Origin: an uncultured Bacteroidales bacterium
Lineage (GTDB): Bacteria > Bacteroidota > Bacteroidia > Bacteroidales > Bacteroidaceae
Length of the DNA stretch: 57,505 nt
Assembly (NCBI GenBank): GCA_945828345.1
Contig: CALZRA010000001.1
Location: 1-57,505 of the forward strand
Direction of reading: 5' to 3'
The position numbers and the translations under genes are program-made. Positions 30,501 through 35,917 of the stretch are shown piece by piece; the stretch's first letter is position 1; each line of letters opens with the position of its first letter. The notes beneath the pieces are model-generated. The model made no database searches. It saw only the letters and a program-made list of their open reading frames with translations, and had not been told where the DNA came from.

Positions 30501-31563
30501 ACTTGTTGCGCACCACCGAACAGTGGTTCATTTGTCCACCCTGATACAGGAACACACCTCCGCCTTCGGTCGTAGTCGTATTGTTCGACACCACGCAGCC
30601 GGCCATTGCGGGATTGAAACATTCCATGCCGGCTACACCTTCAGCCGAAAGGGCTGCGCCGCCGCCTATGCGGGCCGTGTTGTTGTGAATCAGCGAGTGG
30701 AGCACCTTGCCGTTCCCCTCCACACAGACACCTCCGCCGTAACCGGCCACAATGCCCAGTCCCAAGCACTGGTTGGTATGCAGGTAGCAATAGTCCACTT
30801 CACCTCCGCCGTCCAAATAGAGACCGCCGCCTCGGCGGGTCGATTCGTTCTTCTGTACGATGCAGTGTTTCAGCTGTGCCCCTTCCACCATGTAGACTCC
30901 GCCTCCAAAGGCATTGTGCTCGCGGTCGTTCTCTACAGTGCGGTTGCCAGCACATCCGCCTTCGATGGTGAAGCCGTCCATCAGGGCCGTGCCGTTCAGC
31001 GGCTTGGCGCGTCCGTTCTCGTCAAATCCGTTGGTCGCAAACCATACCACGTGGTAGGAGTTGCCCGGAAAGGAGGTGTCGTAGACCTCCTTCTTGGTGT
31101 TCCACGTAAAGGTGGTCGGGGTCGATGAGGAGTGGTTGCCCGACAGGATGGTCTCATACTTCAGCTCCCAGGGTTTGGCTGTCGCGCTCTTCATTTCGCG
31201 GTTTTCGGGCAGCAGGGCATCGCCTGTTTCCGTACCGGCATATCCGCCATAGACGCTGATGCCGCCATAGAGCTTGAAGGCGGTGAAGAGCACACCGCCG
31301 CCCATCTGCTCGGTACTTTCGGTGGGCTTGTAGGTGCCTTGGGCCACATAGATGCAGCCGCCTTCGGTAATGCCGGCCTGCACCATGTGGTTATGCAGGT
31401 CGTTGATGGCATCTTGCAGGTTGTTCTTGGCAGTGGCCCAGCTCAGACCATCACCAGCATAAGTACCTGTAGTAGTGACATAACGCACTAACTGGGCATG
31501 CGCAGTCTGCATGATGAGACTGAGCAGCATAGTGAAGGCTATATGAAGGTAGCGTTTGCGCAT
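18550..31563 (-). CDS. Giant (4337 aa) secreted surface protein: tandem beta-helix / choice-of-anchor-Q-like modules, one F5/8 type C domain, T9SS C-terminal domain
   Basis: Signal peptide; about 7 modules starting with DGxSW...LQxAI-like motifs and ending D(I/R/L)GxYE, with many GGG/GGA-NC turns; IDNNHSTIWHT...TIDLG...ARYLK; tail YDASGRL...GNYVVKV...KV. Confidence 0.88.
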   Translation of the reverse strand: MRKRYLHIAFTMLLSLIMQTAHAQLVRYVTTTGTYAGDGLSWATAKNNLQDAINDLHNHMVQAGITEGGCIYVAQGTYKPTESTEQMGGGVLFTAFKLYGGISVYGGYAGTETGDALLPENREMKSATAKPWELKYETILSGNHSSSTPTTFTWNTKKEVYDTSFPGNSYHVVWFATNGFDENGRAKPLNGTALMDGFTIEGGCAGNRTVENDREHNAFGGGVYMVEGAQLKHCIVQKNESTRRGGGLYLDGGGEVDYCYLHTNQCLGLGIVAGYGGGVCVEGNGKVLHSLIHNNTARIGGGAALSAEGVAGMECFNPAMAGCVVSNNTTTTEGGGVFLYQGGQMNHCSVVRNKCTGPNIIIQGRRYGRSAGVYVDNAAMIVNSVLWGGQVDANDDVQYAAYTPNSTDVLKPYMNYTAVSNHDLADWTSTSKLEVMAVGAVNSGTGGRYPDFLPGTDDKAVDDIPCGVETDTAATPESRWKPAGFSPLRERGVQVVDFAINERALRSHITTDIDGKSFAPRTSLGAYVSERTKYAPVLLPSIEDNAQKAYTLFVDPDREIIDLSTATHVGHSWAAPLGNINDALLWFSSYKGQEIEYYDGASASSTTTDTMPTTATLQIVVKAGTCTTAGTYYSTRMRTSYLQMQDNVHLFGGYPDAATDRDLSGRDPLKNLTTISANIIDNGYQFNTCHVIGFGGANHAIVDGFRLAYAYSLPNKDLNNTVGTGSELYFNPILRDGGAVLLQDKIGGYGSMIGNKVRNCIVANCTSERGAAVFVQSSRSDVEIEVEFENCIIHNNTSTFETAGATPSAIYIESEAGGSVQVKFNHCNILKNVGYGLHLKGTGATVQLDNSMIWANATQAFARSEELADNANTAFISPILLETGATLSGTNNLLDASATVPAGLTNTENKLTYLRSETTAEGITKEIYTYPVFVNPTKNIGATEEGDLTNYGGTVNFMPRNMNPMVNAATDASMSGTDISTNITRTYGGAADIGAVENNDTESEGYQPQQGRIIYVRDYGNTTDKGGDGSSWSKAINGNCTLYTNDHGFQGYDAELYAEDAALTGLQWAVDEAYYRSLKKDGSNNIAYTTKSVYKALPPGSNWIERSLKVSSIEGSQQRVQVWVAKGEYLRREGFFMRDGVDVYGGFPAEGNPGQGDRQPRTYETIIETNTTEEVNDPAFDNWGTYLADVAANDASFPSATGSTWSIVDFSSDEITGDAGEVAHVIDNNHSTIWHTTWRSGHGTQTTSPHFVTIDLGEEMELYNVIFKPRNYGFNNVEVWLGTSVDNLTKVYTGSYPAYAPEQTFSFSTTTARYLKMVFSSPVGSDFVDIYEIGVNDHYNESAGYTGATHDLNFYAYAYKGNRVLTQPFPYYKYYSDVGSGHISHMELKNEIEHGFAYDTSWDGLVIQNGRTRIQHQRDGGAGVALRYNGHIKNCVIRNNYNTAYWNTRGGGAFQNDGIFENCVFAGNKIIGTNGYSVYGGGLYLRSGTVFNSIFHHNSLEHADDVKHYGTAVFFEVAKFYNNTITKNEGSYAMYSGNYFAQFGYSGYLEIYNSIICDNTVTAGTNEFDFETGSSSIYLTNCLFKNSTMHKDFTSFPHINNIYHFDDFSGSTLFADAANDNYIPHSTSPAINKGTEELGNDTNGDPVTLPAYDAAYDTRIQDCTVDIGAYEFNGAYSISPTTGTADDDVTPTASFFVTGPGHGTASAANAANAACMQKLQKVLDAAGRYKFDHPNTQVIVKLARVAGGGYAPSRSSITDLHDLELENPRTYTLMVPRGVEVWGGYTEDFTTRDVIANQTKLTGAYTADGQNVNCYHVVTFTNDLFDENGEKIGTGHTTTSWNSVTDPTLDPASSTASEKLNVQARAILDGLFIEDGDASGEIVVTGEKYREQNTHRYGGAAIVTNFAHVRNCILKNNQAAYGGGALFLEEGALVSGCVMEDNTAEWGGAVYVKQNSDAGFKPTEWENIVRFAHLYSCTIVKNQAHDAGGGLWFNNNLRVNSSVVWQNTGNNSANVCGQTDPYSTSAETKTSIYYPFTYSAIENLRAPGMNNISVHTEDSKGVRFDLTNDPYYYLHRHSVLARAGMDAKTYNELRTVDKTVAAEKYFYYPTLETHDLAGNPRTTYNLDGEGNDITATDKDFIEIGARAFNGPLMITPEKTKLITRLFVVKPENVDEDIYNIMAEQDYVEGSSFAFPLQKLDDALLYIQNARKLYGEETVTVDDPGAIGKKESDGTCKVKNLKFEVFVSQGTYYPYRTVSGQYDYSRGNTFLVPEGVSIYGGVSHKKAEGEDGAFYTQHSYQADGVTDANDVTITSSGKTIKLKATNTRKILDGRELEDLNHNSIREPWEMKNQTILSGKSVNSESADNVYHVITCIADEDYVGTLPEGTSETSSLIIADTEREYTGVPIVLDGLQIMDGKAMGYDKSSVTNAYTYYRGGGVLVDGNWFKATRTDEGELPESDENYTRAADPRSVGRRSIPLTVRNCEFTNNRAGAGGAIFSNGVVELYSCNFAQNAAKRRAETNAPAAAQRSNGNGGAVFSSYVLSAVNTIFANNEAGVAEETGDLSLLDEVGSRGGAVFHAANGQYGSMQLMNCNFVRNQALSYPALYVLYPNRGGLLRKENPHKVINSIFWQNVVRTGDDITVNGEQKQMSLACNYWNRINQAFVAERLEFTDSRTDDDGNPQIGEMLWFCAYEDGLGCVPHFDDRNVIDYRTAEYTDVDAADPTLDKYIPVDVFTNVTYYERDEDGNIVQKTATNNGENAKYKWVTNNIYLAADNNALDGPNFVNPSLGAGVNNYLPSADWMVSRQNNLTDNGWTRIRQSVTADENGTAYSCEFVDSDPSDNFPADAHGIYADTRKVRTQQGGSGLYIKMPIGDERYMQSASTDAILYRISKDPNPSQHQTFIDLGVYEYQHMPLIPSTAEEVDILWVSTQEKPENGEANGSSWLQPTSDLQRAIETLLASRNNHRKQINIIEGNYSPIYTIDSYMSFTINTGSLNTAATLPEHRGTTANGDFGIHSLTFQGGWSKDVKDVRDVEAYPTVWEMAGRSGVASEKMSTLLRISDAHNWYNTGSAATTVPATGEQKQRVIPIEIDGVTFQNTYGNQPESGSDMGEGAAIHYAPQYQYKLNSSGKPFGTEGNYIIDTETGGEKKLALAPAGKPKLTIGRSVCRLNGTGSTVPAVTIGEGGGYSIIYNTLFHSNAGRSLTANNTRVVNCTFALNGDKVKLLNDRSATTSTHSLLMNSLLWRNGAANQDDDPTDAYEYELPSVTADYLAHNAIYGSVYTGDDTVNPDNGVISIKVGKGSYNTTNHSLTGTNSDVLGGPNFMNPLPQAVSEDDKLLRDFHLRPSARTINQGDDLTYAKQALDKAAALTDAEKSAETDLAYMPRFKSVGIDRGAYEFQGELQRVIYTDPNKMTTGTGETWGSPYGYGDLQSAIDLAAVFYTINGKRAYVFCKGGQKTGETLTPRAGVNVYAGIASNYTREATKEKTDDGDDTDGGFAEEDLHDYITYVLGDRTGIVTPNDSRTGISGIQTTGAYPVYALMDGFDVTPAANVTRPVIDLGDADKALPVAVRNSVVHDTYNINTVSENGAAAAVRLRGGLLYNVLVRDCPASQPGVAATWLGTKARAVNCTFLGKGENGYAIETKASVPQVFHSITWNPDHTGSEPVARLGTTASAYQNCNTNEEGYPFARYLQPVADNHPARPAAYTGNQDLWYQLEEMSKQMDCTATGITHEALYSNLQSALGLTETERQTLIDYSSDRDLLGNPRLPQYNALIDRGCYETWNVPEGTAAQATYHYDGTGTAGSLSGGRRHPQEGSVVYLHAGASLVMSRDDFNPESAGAAGRNEVLRPGYLLLREGASLYSEGTAVSLPHVGVERTISNADAGALVALPYAFDYSQARLVSYHEAGGQLQQAVPGAGTEVFYYDGAQRAEGGYEAQTQDSPCWKPWTAGEREACMGVWYKPATAGTYRFTAADVTALGTTPVYREGYYGDTSEKQKTVSLTQADNRNTNGSKPDYTTPENMGWNLVGCPYLVSNYVSWANGEATDFDPEAYPMSLPRFVYTTDAAGQFTSWPSWKEPTEGSFAPAHAFFTQTATLQATETLTFILPHYTGTPVAAVPRPCLSFTDGSGQSDVVTLQPCAEATEDMGFHLGSDGLHWAPLNPKLPQLYAASTGTAHLDWMGTAPVGTEIPLGLYSGAGGSCTFSLPSPDTYATFTHVWLTDRLTGRVTDLKQNTYTVPLEADETTDIRFTLKFGGIAPNPGNSGEQALYQITARQGYIRIEGLTGGESIAVYDASGRLLLSDQARTNHYAAPFLPGNYVVKVEGYCRKVQVAP

Positions 31564-31584
31564 GGTGGAAGGGTTTTGTTGTTT

Positions 31585-31618
31585 TCTATAGTTATCTATA
31601 GCTTTCTATAGCTTTCTG
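31585..31618. repeat. 10-bp-period TCTATAG repeat at a gene junction
   Basis: tctatag at 31585, 31595 and 31605; same motif at 35880-35914. Confidence 0.7.
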
Positions 31619-31628
31619 TTTTTCTTGT

Positions 31629-32780
31629 TTAGTTGGTAATCTGCGTCTTGATATTCACCCCGACGGCAATCCAGGAGGTGAAGACAGAGTCGGGGGTGAA
31701 GGGTTGGCTGAAGTTCTTCTTTGTGCCCATGCCGTCGGTAATGGTTTCGCCGTTCTTTCCTAAGCGTACCTCAAAGGGATACACGCTTTTGGTGGCCGAG
31801 GTCTTGCGGTAGTGCTGCGGCACGTAGACCACACGGCGGCCCTGCCAGTAGGTGCTGGGATCCAGGTTGCCGGCAGCCGTACTGGTGTTGAGGATGCCGC
31901 GGCTTTCGGTCGCGGTGTAAGTCTGTGTGCCCTGGTCATCGACATTTTCCGTGGGGCGGAACAGATAACAGGACGTTTTCGGTAGGTTCTCTATCTCGAA
32001 GAAGGTGATGGCGTTGTCCTGACGGAAACTTTCCTCTACCTCCCACTTTACGTCTAAGCGTGCCGCCACGTGGTAGAGCACGACATCCACGTGCGACACT
32101 TTCTCTGTCGCATCCAGAATCGTGCCATAGTAGAGCTTGTCTGTCTTGTTCTCCTCGCTGGGCGGAAGCGGTTCGCCCGTGAGTTGTCCCAGCGTGCTGT
32201 TGTAGGCATATACCAGATTGTAAGGGGTGGCATAGAGGTTTTTCATGAAAGTGTTCTTCTCCTCGGGGGTGTCGCCCTGCACGCTGTAGGTCATTTGGCT
32301 CATATTCTCGATGGTAGGCGTGGCAGGCAGTTCGCTGAGTGAGGTGATTTCGCGGTCGGCCACGGCAGCCAACACGCGCCCCGACTTGATGCTGTTTGGC
32401 ATGATTACGTTGATGTCGCCCGTGTAATGGTATATTTCGGATTTAACCGCGTCCTGTTGCCATTGGTCGGGATTCAGGGCCACATGGCCTTTGCCGGCGG
32501 TAGAACCGGGGTACATCAGTCTGACTGTACCCGCCTCGTTCAGCTGGTCGTTGGTAAGCACATAGATATAGGCGTGTTTGGGCAGTGTGAACTGCTCCGC
32601 TTCGCCGGGGTCTCCCGGTGTGCGGCTGTTGAGGCTGCTGCCGGTCATCACGCTAAGCTTGATGGGCACGCGCGTGCCTTGGGTCAGGTCTTCCTCATTG
32701 TTACAGGCGGCAAGCAATAGGGCTGCCAAGAGCAGCCCGCACAGTTTCGTAGCCGATAGGCGATAGGTTGGGTTCTGCAT
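31629..32780 (-). CDS. Lipoprotein, probable minor type V pilus subunit
   Basis: Lipobox LLAAC, propeptide ending NSR|TPGDPG, pilin-like LYHVAARLDV strand; start taken at MQNPTY because the longer ORF reads through a repeat island. Confidence 0.65.
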   Translation of the reverse strand: MQNPTYRLSATKLCGLLLAALLLAACNNEEDLTQGTRVPIKLSVMTGSSLNSRTPGDPGEAEQFTLPKHAYIYVLTNDQLNEAGTVRLMYPGSTAGKGHVALNPDQWQQDAVKSEIYHYTGDINVIMPNSIKSGRVLAAVADREITSLSELPATPTIENMSQMTYSVQGDTPEEKNTFMKNLYATPYNLVYAYNSTLGQLTGEPLPPSEENKTDKLYYGTILDATEKVSHVDVVLYHVAARLDVKWEVEESFRQDNAITFFEIENLPKTSCYLFRPTENVDDQGTQTYTATESRGILNTSTAAGNLDPSTYWQGRRVVYVPQHYRKTSATKSVYPFEVRLGKNGETITDGMGTKKNFSQPFTPDSVFTSWIAVGVNIKTQITN

Positions 32781-32790
32781 GGGGCTTAGG

Positions 32791-32872
32791 GTTCTGGGGT
32801 TGCCGGATAATCCGGATAGTCCGGAATCTCCGGACAATCTGGAATCTCCGGAAATTCTGGATTGTCCGGAGT
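32791..32872. repeat. 9-bp-period TCCGGA repeat island inside the pilus operon
   Basis: gccggataa tccggatag tccggaatc tccggacaa tctggaatc tccggaaat tctggattg tccggagtt. Confidence 0.85.
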
Positions 32873-32883
32873 TATAGAAGCTT

Positions 32884-33873
32884 CTACAGTTCAGGCTCAT
32901 AGATGCCGCCTTGTTTCCAGTCGAGTTCGACGCTGGCACCTACTTCGGGCTGTACAGGAGTGAGGCTGCCGTCGGCTTTCAGGGTAGCCTTGATGATGCG
33001 GAGTTGTCCGGCTTGCAGTGGGGAGGAGATGTAGAGGGTGGTTTCGGTGATGCTACCGCTCGGCAGGGTCACATAAGCCTTGATGCGCCACAGGCTTTCG
33101 AGTGCGCCCTCATTGCGTGTGGTGCGCACTTCGGCCGAGGGAAATCCCATGCCGTAGTGACATAACAGGCGGTTGCCTGTGTCCAACTTGTGCGTGCGCA
33201 CCATGGGTGAGGCGTCGTAGTGGTAGATGCTGTCGTTCACCTCAAAGGACGTGGCTAAGTCGGTGAGATATACTTCCATGTGGCGGAAAACCACATCGGT
33301 AGGCTCGACCACCAAGGCTGCGGCGCAGTTCTGCATATAGAGCGACACGTCGAACACTTGGTCAATTCCTTCCACTACCTGCATGTCCCGACGGGCGGAG
33401 AACAGTCCGTAGGTGTGCGAGTCGATGGTATCGCCCTGTTGCTGTATCATGTTGAAGCGTTCGGCAGGGTCATTCCCCTCCATGTTCACTAAAGGCTCAC
33501 CGTCCAGGTTGGCTACTGACAGGTGGCGGTAGTCTTCGGCAGGCAGGTAGATGGTATAGCTGGCGTATGCGCCGCCAATATAGTGGTGCTCATTGTGTCG
33601 CAGTGTCTGGGGCTGTGCCAGGTTGTAGAAGTTCAGGTCCACATCGTTGGCATATTCGGCAAAGAAACCCGACAGCGTGTTGAGCAGTTGCTTGCCCACC
33701 TCCACTTCAGTTTCGGTAGTCAGTTCGGTATGTATTTCCGTCTGCACATTGGTGGTGAGCGTCACTTGGTATTCCAGTCCATAGTTGCTTCCGCAGTCCG
33801 ACAAGTCTTCGTTGATACACGAGGCCAGTGTCAGACAGCAGGCGGCGAATAGGATAGCGTATAGGCGGTGCAT
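32884..33873 (-). CDS. FimB/Mfa2-family pilus anchor lipoprotein
   Basis: Lipobox LASC followed by INEDLSDC (typical Mfa2 N-terminus), LPAEDYRHLSVANL, C-terminal VELDWKQGG; start taken at MHRLYAIL. Confidence 0.78.
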   Translation of the reverse strand: MHRLYAILFAACCLTLASCINEDLSDCGSNYGLEYQVTLTTNVQTEIHTELTTETEVEVGKQLLNTLSGFFAEYANDVDLNFYNLAQPQTLRHNEHHYIGGAYASYTIYLPAEDYRHLSVANLDGEPLVNMEGNDPAERFNMIQQQGDTIDSHTYGLFSARRDMQVVEGIDQVFDVSLYMQNCAAALVVEPTDVVFRHMEVYLTDLATSFEVNDSIYHYDASPMVRTHKLDTGNRLLCHYGMGFPSAEVRTTRNEGALESLWRIKAYVTLPSGSITETTLYISSPLQAGQLRIIKATLKADGSLTPVQPEVGASVELDWKQGGIYEPEL

Positions 33874-33961
33874 ACAGTGTGGTTCTATAGGTTGGTGAAT
33901 GGGGTACTCATAGGTTGCAAAGCTTCGGCACTGTTCCCCTATGGGGTGCCGTATATAGTGA

Positions 33962-34038
33962 GCTACCGTTCGTCCCCGAACGGTAGCCCTGGGGTAACAC
34001 ACTCCCGCCGCGCTGCCTTGGCCCGCTTGCTGGGGAGT
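33962..34038. other. Stem-loops between the major pilin and anchor genes
   Basis: Perfect 11-bp stem GCTACCGTTCG-TCCC-CGAACGGTAGC (33962-33987) plus a weaker ACTCCC...GGGAGT stem. Confidence 0.55.
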
Positions 34039-34052
34039 GGTGGGAGTGGAAT

Positions 34053-35816
34053 TTATTCTACGCTGACATTGAAGTCCATACCTTTCTTCCAGTCGAGGTC
34101 TACAGACAGACCAAATTCGAGTTTCGGAGAACGGAGGTCGGGCACTACACTGTAAGCATTTTTCAAGCTTCCAACGGTGAATTTGGCCGTAGTCTTATAG
34201 TCCTGCTGGAATACGCTGGTGGCCGTGGTTGGTACACCCGTGTTTTGATTACCACTGTCTCCCGGCTTCAACGGCTTCAAATCAGCAATCAAATAGAACT
34301 TAGTACCCTTGGAGATAAGCATGTGGTCCTTTCCGTAGAAGTCTCCCATGTTGTTCTCAAATTCAATGGCCACCTTCACATTGGTAGCTGCGGGCGTTTC
34401 TAACAGCAAGGTATGATTGGCTGTGGCAGATTCAAATTCAGTTCCAAGAACAGCTGATGAACCAGCAAACTTTCCATCATACACTACGTATTCAGTTTCG
34501 CCAGAAGGCTTGAAGTTCCAGGCAACATCCTTCTGTCCACCAATCAGGATGCCGGTTATTTTCAGATCACTGCCAATGGTCTTCTCTGCACCGCTTTCAT
34601 CTTGCAGTGTAGCTCCAGACGCAATGACCTTTGCTTCCAAATCTGCTACACCATATTGAACAGGTTCCTCCAAAATCATGGAGCGGGTAGAAGAGGTTAC
34701 TTTGGTGCCAGTGTAAGAAGAGACAACACTGGCCCATGAACCTGCCGAGGACAAGTATGTTGCCAACCATTCAGAATCCAATGTTTTGACAGGAGTATCA
34801 ACAAAATAGTTCAAGGAGGCAGGCTTGCGGTAGTTGGCCACATTGGTCATGTTGAAGTTTGAACCGGCGTTGATGTCAGAGGTGGTATAGGCGAAGGCTG
34901 TTCCGTTAAATTGGATAGCCACAGCACCCTGCGGAATCTTGGCACAGGTAGGATAGTTGTTTGCGTTCGTTACGTAGCCCGAAACCGTGGTGTCATAGGT
35001 CAGCGTACGATTAGTCTCCGTACCCTCAACGGTAAAGTAATCGTCAATCTTAGTCATGACATTCCCGTATTCTGTAGCGTGGGCACTGTCATTTTCTTTT
35101 CCCTTTTCGCAGCTGTTGTACAGGTCTTGCAGCATGGCCAGAATCTTGGCGGAGGAACCTGCGATGACACGGTATTGGGAAGTAGCATACAGTCCACGAT
35201 ATACTTCTTGCAGGGTTTGAACACCTGTAGATGTGGCTGCACCAGCAGTTAATACCCCATCGACACCGTTGATGATTTCAAGCAGGTAGGCTTGTATGTT
35301 TGTTACTTCGGTGGAGATGTAAGGCGAAACCAAAGTGAAGGTGATGTCACCAACTTTGGTTCCGGGAGTATTATAGGTTAATCCCGTTTCATCTGCTTCG
35401 CTCTCGTAGATAGCAGCACCATAGAACACTGCATGGTTAACACCCAAGGCCATCTCCACGTTGTTGTACATCTTGGCGTGTATGGTGGAATTATCCCAAC
35501 CTGTTTTGGTGATGTTTGATAAGTCTTGTGCATGTAAATCCTTGTCTTTTGCTTTTTCTGATCCTGACAAGGTCATCGGAATCAGCTTGATGTCTTGCAT
35601 TCCCAAGAACGCTCCACCTTCTTGTGCCTTGCCAGAGGTCATACGACTCTTTGTGGAATTGGCAGGAATGTTGATAGCAAACTGCGTCTTTACGCTTTCC
35701 CCGTCATAAGAAGGGTTGACATTGGCCATGTCGTCGTCCGAAGAACAAGCGGCAAAGCCCAGTGTGCCGGCCAGCATCAGGGTGCCGGCGTAGGCCAGTT
35801 GGTTGAACTTTTTCAT
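34053..35816 (-). CDS. Major type V fimbrial subunit (Mfa1-like lipoprotein pilin)
   Basis: Lipobox FAAC-SSDDD, VKTQFAINIP...KSR|M processing site, ITGILIGGQ, C-terminal VPDLRSPKLEFGLSVDLDWKKG donor-strand-like end. Confidence 0.8.
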   Translation of the reverse strand: MKKFNQLAYAGTLMLAGTLGFAACSSDDDMANVNPSYDGESVKTQFAINIPANSTKSRMTSGKAQEGGAFLGMQDIKLIPMTLSGSEKAKDKDLHAQDLSNITKTGWDNSTIHAKMYNNVEMALGVNHAVFYGAAIYESEADETGLTYNTPGTKVGDITFTLVSPYISTEVTNIQAYLLEIINGVDGVLTAGAATSTGVQTLQEVYRGLYATSQYRVIAGSSAKILAMLQDLYNSCEKGKENDSAHATEYGNVMTKIDDYFTVEGTETNRTLTYDTTVSGYVTNANNYPTCAKIPQGAVAIQFNGTAFAYTTSDINAGSNFNMTNVANYRKPASLNYFVDTPVKTLDSEWLATYLSSAGSWASVVSSYTGTKVTSSTRSMILEEPVQYGVADLEAKVIASGATLQDESGAEKTIGSDLKITGILIGGQKDVAWNFKPSGETEYVVYDGKFAGSSAVLGTEFESATANHTLLLETPAATNVKVAIEFENNMGDFYGKDHMLISKGTKFYLIADLKPLKPGDSGNQNTGVPTTATSVFQQDYKTTAKFTVGSLKNAYSVVPDLRSPKLEFGLSVDLDWKKGMDFNVSVE

Positions 35817-35879
35817 AATGTTGAAATTTTATGTGAATGAATTGAATGATTTTGCGTGGTGTGGGGAGCGCATGGGCGG

Positions 35880-35914
35880 CTATAGTTCTCTATAGTTTTC
35901 TATAGCAGCTATAA
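35880..35914. repeat. 10-bp-period CTATAG repeat at a gene junction
   Basis: ctatag at 35880, 35890 and 35900, ctataa at 35909. Confidence 0.7.
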
Positions 35915-35917
35915 TTC

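Noticed and set aside
17615-31563. Diversity-generating retroelement (Avd-like gene next to a large surface protein)
   Set aside because: No reverse transcriptase in the window and no template/variable repeat pair differing at adenines seen by eye; a self-alignment would be needed to exclude a remote-target DGR.
32781-32939. Extended N-terminus of the 436-aa ORF
   Set aside because: The extension is the translated TCCGGA island and overlaps the upstream gene; the lipoprotein signal begins at 32780.
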